A stretch of 51,245 nucleotides of DNA, the filler included, from Ionaspis alba (taxonomy: Eukaryota): NCBI GenBank assembly GCA_964255285.1. It is 2 parts of 2 records of this genome, joined end to end, with 100 filler letters (N's around TTAATTAATTAA, not from the genome) between each part and the next. Parts side by side here need not be neighbours in the genome. Positions count along the whole stretch, not along the records: positions 25,724 to 51,245 come from CAXUUL010000157.1; 1 more part is not named here. One strand, given 5' to 3'. The position numbers and the translations under genes are program-made. Shown here piece after piece: positions 38,082 through 50,261 of this stretch; position 1 is the stretch's first letter; each line of letters begins with the position of its first letter. The notes under the pieces were generated by a model. The model had not been told where the DNA came from. It saw nothing but the letters and a program-made list of their open reading frames with translations, and did not search any database.

Positions 38082-41000
38082 ATGGACAATAATGCTGAGA
38101 GACCGACTGACGGCAAGGTCGAGGAGAACGACGAGCAAGTTGTCCGCGCCCAATGGAGGTCATTATTCGCCTTTACGACCAGGACACATATTCTGCCCTT
38201 GACCGTTGCTCTGCTGCTCTCGGTTGGTTCTGGCATCGTCATACCAGCCCTCGCACTCTTCCTTGGAAGGATCTTTGGCTTCTTTTCGGACTTTGGTGCA
38301 GGGAAAATCGGCGGGTCCGACCTCACTCAGAAAGTCGCTTCGAATGCCTTGATCCTAGTCGGCTTAGGCGCTGCAAGCTGGTTCCTCAACGGCACATTCT
38401 TTATGTTCTGGCTTGCCTTCGGCGAACTCCAAGCGGGAAGCGTCCGGGACAAGCTTTTCGATGGGATGCTCAAAAAGGACATGGAGTGGTATGATATGCG
38501 CAAGGCTGGCGTGAGCGCTCTGATCCCACGTCTACAGACGTAAGTGGCTCGAAACATGTTCTGTAGACCGACGCTAATATTAATATCAGTCAGATTCGTG
38601 AAATGCAGATTGCGACTTCCCAACCTCTCGGCTTCGCTGTACAATATACTGTCACCATGCTCGTAGCGCTGGGGCTGGCCTTCTATACAGCTTGGAATCT
38701 TACCTTAGTCACACTCGCTACCATCCCCATTTCTGCCATTCTTCTTGCCTGGGTCTCAGCTCGAATGCAGCCGGCTATCGACAAGCAAAGAGAAGAGATG
38801 ACTCAGGCATCGAAGCTTGCGAACAACGCAATCTCTTCCATCGATACTGTCAAATGCTTCAATGGCCAGGACTTGGAGCTGTGGCAATACATCAAGACTG
38901 TGAGGAAGGGAGCGCAGCATTATTTGGTCCAAGCTAGATCAAATGCTTTGCAGATCGGGTTCGTTCGGTTCACGATGGTAGCAATATTTGTTCAGGGTTT
39001 CTGGTATGGAAGCCACCTAGTCGATACCGGTGACAAAACCCCCGCGCAAGTCTTGACCACGTTCTGGGCTTGCCTCATGGCTTCGCAGACCATTGAACAA
39101 TTGCTACCGCAAATGATTGTCCTTGAGAAAGGAAGAGCAGCAGCGGCAACGCTTAAGGCTATACTCATCAAGATCGAGCACGGACGAAAGGTTCAGCCCA
39201 TGACCGGTGGAAAGAGCCCGGAGTTCTGTGACGGCGATATTCGGGTCCAAAACGTAAGTTTCCAGTGTCGAATCCTACGCTTGAACTACGGCTGATCGCT
39301 CAAAGGTATCCTTCGCTTACCCTTCACGACCTGGCCAACTAGCACTGAAAAATGCAAGCTTTTTCTTCCCAGCAGGGGAAATAACATTTGTGATTGGCAA
39401 AAGTGGTTCAGGGAAGAGCACACTCGGCAATCTCTTGATGCAATTCTATCCTCCAGCATCTGGTGAGATAACGATCGACGGTGAATCCATACAAGTGCTC
39501 GACACTGGGTGGCTTCGAAACAACATCACACTAGTACAGCAGCAGAGCGTTCTCTTCAATGAGACCATCTTCAAAAACGTTGCTCTCGGTCGCATCGAGC
39601 ATGGCAAAGTGCGAAAGGAGGAGGTCAAACGTTGCCTTGAATCTGCAGCCTTGAGCGACACAATCCGTGATATGCCAAAGGGCTTGGATACAATGGTCGG
39701 TGCAGGAGGTAGCGCCATGAGCGGTGGGCAAAAGCAGAGAGTTGCTATCGCTAGAGCACGACTTCGTGATACCCCAATTCTTATTCTCGATGAGGCGACC
39801 AGCGCTCTCGACCATTTGACAAGACAGGTCGTGATGACGTCCATACGCCAATGGCGGCGCGGCAAGACTACGATCATCATCACTCATGACATCTCCCAAA
39901 TTCTGGATGATGATTATGCCTACATTCTCGATAAAGGAGAAACGGTTCAGGAAGGATACAGAAGTGCTCTGGAAGGAAACTCTGACTCACCCTTCTCATG
40001 TTTTTCGAAGCCTGAGATCCGATTCCCGAACTTCTTTCAGCAGGAGACTATCCGATCACCCAGGAAGAACACTCCCTTCCTGAGTATCATCGAAGACTTT
40101 CCTCGTGCTTCGATGGAATCAGCAGACTCGACAGATATTAAACTCTCTAGTAGGGTTTCACGGCTACCAGAGATATTCCAACCGGCTTCGCACAAGCGCA
40201 ACTCCTCACAAAAGCCTCGAGAATTCGTATCGTCGCTACCACCCTTCGCAATGCGTCTGAACCGGATGTCGAGTGCTCGGATGTCAATACTACCTCTTAG
40301 GAATATGCCAAGGTCACACGCACTGCCATCTCCCGTCTCGTCGATATCNNNNNNNNNNNNNNNNNNNNNNNNNNNNNNNNNNNNNNNNNNNNNNNNNNNN
40401 NNNNNNNNNNNNNNNNNNNNNNNNNNNNNNNNNNNNNNNNNNNNNNNNCTTCTGGGTGGCTTCGCATCTGCTTCAGTCCACGCCACTGCAACTCCAGTCT
40501 TCTCTTGGGTACTGTCCAAGCTTCTGACAACATTTTCTACCACTAGCGGCCGATCTGAAAAAGCTCTTAAGTGGTCAATGGCTGTGCTGGGAGTCGCATT
40601 TATTGACGCTCTAGCAGCCTACTTGATGCACTATCTGCTCGAAAATGCTGGTCAGGCATGGGTCGATAATCTAAGAACTGAAGCGATGAAACGTATCCTC
40701 GATCAACCTCGGTCATGGTTTGACCGGGAAAAGAACAGTCTTTCCCGGCTTATCGACGGGCTGGACCGCAATGCTGAGGAAATGCGAAATCTGGTCGGTC
40801 GATTCGCTGGTTTTGTCTTTGTGGCCTTTGTAATGAGCTGCGTCTCTTTGATCTGGAGTATGACTATCAGCTGGAAGCTGACGCTGGTCGGTCTGGCTTC
40901 CGCACCTTTCATGTACGGTGTATCACGCGCTTTCCAAGCCGTCAGCGGCAGGTGGGAAGGAAAGAGTAATGATGCTGCTGAAGCAGCTGCCTCTATTTTC

Positions 41001-42304
41001 TTTGAGACATTCGTCAATATCCGGACTGTTCGATCCCTGACTCTGGAAGCCTACTTTCACAAGAAATATGCCAAGGCTACCATCAAGGCCATGAGGGTTG
41101 GCTTTCGGAGAGCAACATACTCAGGAGTTTTTTTTGGGATGTCGGATGCGAGTGTCGTCTTCATCACTGGTAAGTCCATCATTTGCAGCATTGGTTCAGG
41201 CAAGGTACTAAATTTCTATAAGCTCTTGTATTTTATTATGGATCGCGACTCGTTGAATCTGGTGACAACACTGTCGAAGATGTTCTCACTGTCTTCGCTA
41301 TGCTTCTCTTCTGTGTTGCGACTGTCAACGCAATCATTGCTTTCAGTAAGTTCTCAACTCGTGGATACTATCTTAGAAGCTCTAATATTTTTCTTCCAGT
41401 CCCACAAATCAACTCGTCCAAAGACACAGCCATTCGCCTTCTCCGCCTTTGCAATCTGCCCTACCATGCTTCGTACGAACACAAGGGCCACGTTCGCCTC
41501 TCGAAGCCACCCGGGCCCATCCAATTCAACAACCTCACCTTCGCCTATCCGACTCGCCCAACGCATCCTGTTCTTTCCTCTTTTACCCTCAACATTCCTC
41601 TCAACACATGCACGGCAATTGTCGGTTCCTCAGGTTCTGGCAAATCCACAATCGCCGGCCTCTTAGTTGGACTCTATCCAGTATTCTCACCATCGTCGAC
41701 CAATCAATCTCCCGGTCGGTCTATCGCGAGCCTCACTATTGGTGGCATCGATATCCGCGACCTTCATCTGCAAACGTGGCGATCAGTCACTGCCTTGGTT
41801 CCGCAATCCCCAGCGCTTTTTGCAACTACGGTTGCCGCGAATATCATTTACGGGCTTTCCGAGACTTCACCGTTGGCCACCTTGTCGAACATCAGACACG
41901 CGGCTTCATTGGCTGGCATTGACTCTTTCATTATGTCCTTGCCTAGCGGATACACTACTCTCGTTGGAGACGGGGGAATTGGCCTCTCCGGTGGTCAGGT
42001 CCAGAGACTGGGCATTGCAAGAGCGCTTGTACGGAGACCGGGAATATTGATCATGGATGAACCAACGAGCAGTCTCGATGCAGAGAGTGCGGAAGGAGTT
42101 CGCAATACTATAAAATTGCTAGTCGATGGTGGCGGAGTCACCATCCTTATCATCACTCACAGCTGGGAGATGATGCGGGCTTGTGGCCGGTGTGTCGTTT
42201 TGGGAGAAGGGAGAGTCCTTGAGCAGGGCCATTATACTGAGCTCATGAGCAGAAGGAACGGCGAACTGAGGAAGCTCTTGGGACAGGTGGAGGGTGAGGG
42301 CTGA
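38082..42304 (+). CDS. STE6: Full-size ABCB transporter, a-factor pheromone exporter (STE6/HST6/Mam1 type)
   Basis: TMD-NBD-TMD-NBD layout: GKSGSGKST/MSGGQKQR/ILDEATS and GSSGSGKST/LSGGQVQR/IMDEPTS. Introns 38540-38589, 39254-39305, 41170-41222 and 41346-41399. A 100-N gap interrupts the linker. The start is uncertain because an acceptor-like site lies near 38056. Confidence 0.85.
40349..40448. other. Assembly gap (100 N) inside the ABC transporter gene
   Basis: Run of 100 N; the true length is unknown. Confidence 0.95.
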
Positions 42305-43239
42305 GGTTGACATATAGGATGCAATGTAGAATGACCTTTGTGGAATCTTATTGAAGAAACGTATACATAATTGGACATTTTGTACTTGGGGTCTTTTGGG
42401 CACACAGTTAGTGACTGGTTTTGGTTTTGGAATACATGCTCTACAGCATGAATGGCTGGCTTCTTTCCTCCCGCTACAATTGTATGTTAGCTTCTGGTAT
42501 TGATTATCATGTAATTTTTTACCTTTAAATTCGCTGGCAAATACTGTTGCTATATAGCTTGAGGTCCAATTATGGCTGCATTTCAGTAAGTATTTAGAGA
42601 ATTAGACAATCTTCTGCGCATAGATGATTCCACCACCATCAGACGAAGTGCCCTACCTATGCTATAAACAGTACCACATGAAGTATCGTAGTCCTCCGTG
42701 GATCCAAATTAAGCGCGCAGGACAAAAAGTGTGGTCCTAATAATATCCTGAACTGTGATTCGCCAATTTCTCAAAGTCTTCACTGCTCCCCGATCTGGGC
42801 ACAACCACCATCGAAACCTGCCTATGTAGCTTCTCGTCCATGTCGCTAGCATCCAATACTGTTTCATATTCGTTCTTTCCGGGTGAAGTACAAGTCACCA
42901 ATGTACAGCTCATCGTTGACGCCGCGCGAGTGCCGCACATCTAGCCTGAGGGACAATTACGCAGTAGTCTGGGCTAGCAGCCGTTAGGATTCAGCCCAAC
43001 CTCAAATGTCAGCCCTGGTACCAGCTCACCAGAGTTTGATTCTAGAACGATAGCAAGACTGTCATCCTATCGACTGTCCATTTTGAGAGAGAATCAATCC
43101 ATGCTGATTGTCCTCGTGGTTGTCCGCTCGATGTCTCTACGCTGATGCAGCTACCATTACTCCAGCCTTCGAAATATACGTACTCGCAACAGTGACGGGA
43201 TAAACTTGGTCAAGGCCGACAACTTGATGCAGATTCACC

Positions 43240-44818
43240 ATGCGTCTGCCGATTGATAACAGGTTTCTGCGACGGCAGAACACCGCCAGTAATAGCTCTA
43301 GCAGCTCTAGCACTACAATATGGGTTGTATGTTCTTCTCTTCACAGGGCCAAACCATTTCACCAGTCCCGCTAACTCTTTGCTGCCAATCCAGACCATGG
43401 GAGTGGGGTTTGGCCTCCTCGTTCTCTTCATCGTGCTGTTGTACCGGATCCGCTTCCTACGCGCCGCCCATCCAAACCCCCGCTACATACCTACGGCTTA
43501 CCTGAAGAACAAATGGCGGGAATGGCGACCAAGCAATGTTTACGATCGCGTCGACAAATCTAGGTCTCCCAGTACAGCCCGAGATAGCACCCAGCTCAGG
43601 CCCACCCCATCCACCTCATACGCACCATCAGCTTCCACTCAGATAGCTACCTCTTCCACCGACGTCGACCGTCGCCAATCCGTCCGCAGTATCATGACCC
43701 TCCCTCCCTACCGCATAGCCCCACTACCATCTGAGCAACTTATAGCACGCGAAGGAGAGCGTGCAGGTGTGGACACAGTGATCGAGTTCCCTTCCACGGA
43801 GGCAGAACTCGAAGAGCAACGCGATTCCGAAATGGAAGCTCTCTACAATATCCGCCAAGCACGGCGACGTGAGCAAGCCGAGCGAGAAGAGCGTCGTCGG
43901 CAGCGGCGGGAAGCAAGGGAACAAGGAGATTGGGCTAGATTAGAGATACTAGAGCAGGAGAGCCGGGCAAGAGCTAGAGCCAGGGCTGCTAGTAATGCTA
44001 GTATGCTTACTGCTGGAAGTGAGGGCGGGAGTGCTGCCAGCAGCAGAACGAATCTCAGTGCAGCAATACAAAGCGATTCTGCGTTTCTGATTGCGGAGCT
44101 GAATGCTCAGAGGGAGGTGGGAACGCGGTCGAGAAGGGTCAGCAGTGTGAGCTATGCTGATCTCGGCCTGGCGCGCCATGACGGTTCTCGAATCCGCGCA
44201 GACAGCATGGAAAGCGATAATCGTCCGCTTCTGGACTCGGCGGCTTCAATGGGTGGATCACGAGCTGTGAGCCGGCAGAGCTCGCCCGGACGGTCGATAG
44301 TGACTAGTCGAGCGCGACATGTACGAAATGCGAGCGAGATATCGGTCGTGACGGTGGATTCGGATGTCGGAGCCCCCACGCCACGAACGGGCACGGAAAC
44401 GAGAAGTGGAAGCGATGAGAATGGCGTTGGCCTGACACCCAGCTCGAGTGCGGAAGCTGGTCTTCCGAGCGAGGAGCCACCGAGTTATGATCATGATATC
44501 GAGTTGCATGGTGGAGAAGCACCACCTTACGAAAGCCCGGTTAGGGGGAGGGGGGAGAGAGTCGATTTGCCCGAGGCAACAGAGAGAGGGAGGCAGATGG
44601 AGAGACCTGGTGAGGTCCCCGCCGAAACTGTGCCTACTACAGAGCCTGTAAGCTTTGTCCAGCAATCTCCTACTACTTCACGGCCCGGAGAAGGCAGTAG
44701 AGATGTCCCGCAATTGAGGACATCGCTCCTAAGGCGACTGCCTGCGATCGAGGTCTTGAGTGCGACCCCTGTCAACTCGGTGCCTACCACGCCGATTGAG
44801 GGATTTTCTACGAATTGA
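43240..44818 (+). CDS. Single-pass membrane protein with a long cytoplasmic tail carrying PY motifs
   Basis: Exon 43240-43326 (MRLPIDNRFLRRQNTASNSSSSSSTTIWV), intron 43327-43393 (GTATGT...GCTAAC...CCAG), then TMGVGFGLLVLFIVLLY. The tail has SVRSIMTLPPY, an R/E coiled coil and EPPSY. Confidence 0.8.
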
Positions 44819-45019
44819 TAGTGAGATGGGACGTGAGTATTTGTAGATCGGCGCATGAGCTGCAGCACATGGTCATAAGGTGTTTATGCAGAGCTTGGTT
44901 TGGAAATTTAGCGTGGGATGATCTGCAGGGAGTGCTGCACAGCTTGGTAGCTGCTTGAACGACCTGTGCAGTATGTACATACCTAAGTACAGAAACCTAA
45001 GGGTTATTATCTTTCTTCT

Positions 45020-45177
45020 AGTTGTGGGGGAGCCGGTTTGGGCACCGGGCCAACCCGCGCATTGACTTAGTTCGCGCTAAAACAAGTTGGACTTCAAGTC
45101 TTGTTTGGCTGTAGACACCACTAAACTCAACAACACTGTTGATACACACAAAACCTCAACTCAACAAAGCACCATGG
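45020..45177 (+). mobile_element. Possible solitary 5' end of a pogo/Fot1-like DNA transposon
   Basis: TA followed by GC-rich GTTGTGGGGGAGCCGGTTTGGGCACCGGGCCAACCCGCGCA, then a CAAC-rich leader ending in CACCATG. No transposase or partner TIR was seen. Confidence 0.25.
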
Positions 45178-45235
45178 TGAGTCGCAAAATACTACAAGTA
45201 TGAATGATGCTGGCGAGTGTTGAGTGAATTGCCGT

Positions 45236-46505
45236 TAAAGGTCTCGACCTGCGAAGGCAGAATCAGTTCTTCTTTTGTTACCAATCGCGTGTTGACTTCC
45301 GCCCTCTTGCTTGCGTTCGTTCAACTTCTCGCATTCCGTGGCTTCTGAAATTCTCTGATGTCAGATCGTTGAGGCGATAGCCAAGTCTGTTGATCGTTTG
45401 TGCTACATATCAGTTGACGAAATATCTCAACTTACCCTATCATAGAGCAATTGCCCTTGCGCCTTTGGACAAGCTATAAAAAGGCTGACTGGTTCTGCTA
45501 TTAATGATCTGCATTGTGTACGACGGGCGGACTTGACTCCCCTCCATCGATCCATCGATACTGTTTCTTTCCGACCCTGGATCGGCTTCTTGGAATCATT
45601 CCACTCAGTTTTCGAGCTGTTTGGGGCTTCGTAACCGAGTGGCTCTTTTAGGAGTGCCGATCAAGGTTTGACATTCCAGTACTGGTGATCTGACTTGTAG
45701 GACGTTCGGTCACTGCAACCAACGAGGCAGGTGACTGGTTCGATAGACCACCAACATAGGCGCGGAGCACGGTGTGGATTTCTATGTTATACCCGAGATA
45801 ACTTGATGAACGACGTTGCGTAATGGTAATGACCATGCGAGGAGGTTGGGATGGGAGCAGAAGCCAGTCAAGCAAGTGCAAGCAATCGCTCAAAGAGGCG
45901 GCATCCCCCTAAAGAACTGACGGCATTGGAGCTGTAATAACGGCTTGCATCGAGAAGAGACATGCAAACGTCGTCGACCAAGTTCGCAAGGCTGGGATTC
46001 AAATGCAAGTTGTACCAGCTGCACCACCTGCCCAGTACTAGAGCACTAAGATCGACAGTTGTTCCAATCAGGGATTCCTGTCAAGGTTGATCCCGTTCTT
46101 CGGATCTCGGAATCTTCAAGAGTGGAGGCTCCGTCCTCTTAGTCTACCCGCGATGGCAGATCAAAGCTTGGGAGATTCTATAATCAGACAGGTGGGCCTC
46201 TATCCTGCTTCACACACAACAAGTCATCCTGCAGAGAAGCTCGTATATGGTTAGGTTGGAGTCCGGAATAGATGCAATAGTCGAATAATGTGTGTGAGTT
46301 TGCCGAATGAGAATCCGCTTACTTGAGCGGAGGAATTTTCGGAAAGGAAGAAGATGGAAGTGCTTGGACTTCTTGGGACAGTGGTATCCTCCAAGGGAAG
46401 CGAACTCTGGACGCCGTGTAACTCGTACATATCACTATATGATAACCTAAATCGATATATGTTCGATCTGGTAGAGCTAGAGGGCCTGTTTCGATTGCCA
46501 TACAT
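45236..46505 (-). pseudogene. Possible decayed gene of unknown family
   Basis: ORF MYGNRNR...SSAQ is followed by a canonical intron (GTAAGC...CTAAC...CTGCAG). The next frame is broken by TGA/TAG/TAA, and coding-like fragments continue to about 45236. Confidence 0.3.
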
Positions 46506-47526
46506 TAAAGGGGCCGGCTGTTCATCTTCTCGAGAACCATGCTGCTACTTGCTCTAGTCCCCCACCCTTCCGTTGGCCAGTCAGGTGCGCGCATATCAAT
46601 CAAAGTCTGTTCTACGATGATAGGACAGCGGAGAGTCGAGTCAGTAGACACTTCTATGATTCTAGCCTCGAGACAAATCCAACAGTCACCAGATAGCCTA
46701 AGGAATTGAGAGGTTATAGGACATTGTCTTGAACTCCACCGAAAACGGGCCTTCAAGTCCGACAAGTCTCGGAGCTGTGATTGCGAGAATGTAATAGATG
46801 GGAAGTCCACAGGCTTTTTTTCGAGGTATTGAGCGTCGTTCAGTACCGAACATGTGGGGTATGAGAATGAAGAATAAAGTCGAAGCGGGGAGGTTGCGTC
46901 TGCAAGATGCATGCGAGTGCGGTAGACAGCTCATATTTCATGCTCCATGTTCATATGGTTGCACAACTTTAGTTCGGGCTCTTCTAGTCACAAGTCTGTC
47001 CTTGCCGTCGCCGTCCAAAATAAGGACAGAAGCTCTGTATCGACCGTAAGTGGACACGATCGACATGCTAAGCAGCAATTACATCATTTCAAAGAATTAT
47101 GGCGGCGCTGGTTGCAGCTCTATATTTCACAACATCCACGATCGCCACCTCCCTATCTCTAGGCAGAATTGGTCTGGGATATTCTATGGATTGCTGCCGC
47201 CGTCAGTGATTAAAAGGATAGCAGCTCCGTATCAAAAACAAGTGGAGACGATCAACTTGCCACGTAGCAAGCATATCACAATGTTGTGCCACGTCCAACA
47301 TTACTTGCAGCTCCCTGTTCTACGGCATATGCTACCGCCCTCGTGACATTGACTATAGCAGAGGGGAAGCGGTCGTATCATGACCGAAGCAACAGATACC
47401 TCGTCAAATCCCGTTGTTCGATGTCTTTTGCGGGCAGCATGTTACATATAAGTGGGTTCCTTTTCCAAACAATTTCTCGCTTTAGAAATATTCTATCAGA
47501 CTCTTGAGTCTTGAGTATACTTCAAG

Positions 47527-48948
47527 ATGGCTTTCGCTTATCCTGAAGGAGAATGTTTCTTCAGGCGAAGTTCTCTCAAAAATTCATTCTTTTCGGCAGA
47601 AAAACCTGCAGACTTCTATAGCTACATGCTCGTGGAGTATGTATGGAACCAGCCATTCCTCGCTGTTGCCAAGGACATAAATCAATATAAACACCCACGA
47701 GCAGGACTCAACACAAGGTCTTTGGAAGGCAATCCTTTCATTGGGAACTATCCCCAGCTCCCAATTATGTATGGCCCTCGGTACAATGATATCAAACGCT
47801 ACTATCAACATGATCTTTGCATAGACGACAAAAAGGTACTCAGAGAACGCGCGAATGGCGGGCCGGTTAAGGTTGGTCTTTGTCATCATATACTGATTCA
47901 TTCTCAATCGCTAATATATGGTAGCCTTACATGATGATGGTGCCGATGCCGACGAGGGAGGAGAGATGGATCTGGTTTGATGTCAGTCGCCCTCTGAGCC
48001 CGATATTGCGACAATGTCGCGCTTACCGTTCAGTAGCAATTGGCCCATATTCGTGCCATTTATATACCAGCTGCACAGCAGACCGATCAACAATACAAAC
48101 ACCTGTGTACCTACCTTCAAATCAATTTCACGCTCAAGGCTTCGCCGATACCGATTTGGAATGCTGGTACGTCCCGAATGGACACATACGGGTGCGATAA
48201 GATCTTCGGGCTTGGCGTTAAGAAGGATTGGACTACCGGGATCGACGTTCAAGGTATCCAACTTTTGCTAGGTCTTCCACGAAAGCTTCGCAATGCGAAC
48301 GTATACTCTGCACACTTAGTCTGCTGTGTTGCAGCGAAACTCGTACAAAAAGATGGCAAAACTACTTTCGGTCTATCGTCGCCTAAAGGTCAACCGCCGC
48401 CTAAAGAACAGCTTAGCAGCGTCAACGACCTCCCTTGGCTGGACGTACTCAACGCCAGCACAGGTTTGGAGCTGCAATGGAAGCCTTACATCCCAACACC
48501 CACTAACAACTGGGTCGGCGACACTCTGAAAAACTTGATCACGGCCGCCCTTGGGATGATCCCCGAGGTTGGATTATTAGCGCAGATCGCATTCACATTA
48601 GCATGGACAGGCATAACGGACTTCGATAGTTTCGTCATAACAATCACATCTACTCTTCCAGGCGTTCAAGCACTAACGCCTGCCGTTATCGAGGCCATGA
48701 GGAAAGACACCACCGAGATGAAACGGTACTTGCCACCAGATTGGGATAAAGTCGGAGCTCCTTTCCAAACGATCGCATCGCAAACTATCCCAGGAGTTGC
48801 ACGGGCGAAGGGCGTCGATCCTAACGCTCCGCAAACGAATCCCGACGGCACCGACCAAGGCGCAACTTTCGTTAAGGGGCAAAAGAGGCTCGACAAGAGT
48901 CCAAAGGCTCAACCCTCAGATCCACCTCCCCCCCCCGACGCTTCTTGA
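47527..48948 (+). CDS. Uncharacterised protein of about 437 aa with a C-terminal amphipathic/hydrophobic hairpin
   Basis: Exons 47527-47871, 47925-47981 and 48037-48948 join in frame via introns GTTGGT...CTAAT...GTAG and GTCAGT...CAGTAG. Contains LITAALGMIPEVGLLAQIAFTLAW. Confidence 0.7.
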
Positions 48949-50261
48949 AAAGCAACTCAACGCCTCGGCGTGCTTGGCTTGAGCAAATTGGCCATGAGGT
49001 TATCGGAGGATGGGATTTTTTGCTGCTAGGCTCGCATGCAATACAGCTTATACTACCAGACTGCAGGTGGAGCTTTCGGTACTAGGTTCACTCTCTAAGT
49101 TTTTTGGGATATGCTCGGGATTTATTGTTATTTTCAGTAAATGCAGAACATCAGTCTATGAAATCGTTGTGTTGCTGGTATACTCTATGCGCTTATTTTA
49201 GTGTTTGGTTTCGTACGAGGTTGAATTTCTATGGACAAAGCTGGGCTCACAGGCTTTGACAAGCCAAAAAATCATGATTATGACATTTTTGAATTAACGA
49301 GTTACGATCCAATCCGTTCATCATCAACAATCAAGGCCAAGCTCTCAAGTAAGACGTGTGTTCACAACAAAAACTTGACGGTAGTCCGCGCTCGGCTAGA
49401 CAAACCCTTTTTGACCAATACTGTTCAAGGAAAATTACTTTGAAAGTCTGTCTTAAACGCCTCTAACTCTTCCATTATATATCGCCTCAAGCTGACGGTG
49501 TGGACCATACCGGCATAGACTAACGATAGGCTGAGAAACGTGAAAGGGTAGATGGCGAAAGGAGGCAAGGTCGGATGGTGTAGAGCGGTTGGAAGCGAGG
49601 ACAGGTAACCTTCAACTGCTCTCGTTTGGCATCACTTCCGTTCGAGCTGAACTGCAGCAACAGCTCAGAAGTAGGGGATAACCAATTAAGAGTCCGCTCG
49701 AGAAGCATATCCATCTTGCCCACCATCTCGAGATGCTGTTTCATACATCTTCGAGACCAGGTGGGAGTTGATCAGAAATCACATCTCGGCTGCAATGGTG
49801 GAGACACCAAGTTGTGGAACACAACTTGATGATCGTCCTAAGAGATTCCCGCGAATTAGATACACCACAAAATCCTGCGCTTCTCTACTTAATTGTCGAG
49901 CAATAAACCGCTTGTCATACAGCAGCTAACTACTCTGCACAGATATTGCGTGATCGATGCTGTGTTTCTCTGCAGCAAGCAACAGCGGCACCACCATCGG
50001 ATGAACAATGCAATCTATATTGCATGACATCCCCAGTGGAGGCTGCCACCAGCCGATCGACACAGCTATCAGTGGTTTGCAGGGAGACGAGAGCATCTCT
50101 GTATTGCTGGTCATTTTGTCGTTGATAAGGGAGGTATGGACGGGCAAGTGTCTACGTGACTTGCACATAAATCTCTCTCGTGCTGTTCCCAAGTTTTCTC
50201 TCTTTCACGTTGACCTAGCTTCGCCGAGCTGACTCACAACATTTAAATTGCTTGCTCAATC

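Noticed and set aside
37340..43200. Searched the flanks of the STE6-type exporter for a CAAX a-factor precursor
   Set aside because: No short ORF ending in C-aliphatic-aliphatic-X was found by eye; the nearest case ends LIIM* near 42513 and lacks Cys.
49520..49744. LERTLNWLSP fragment reminiscent of NACHT/NLR N-terminal segments
   Set aside because: No P-loop or other NACHT motif nearby; too short to support.
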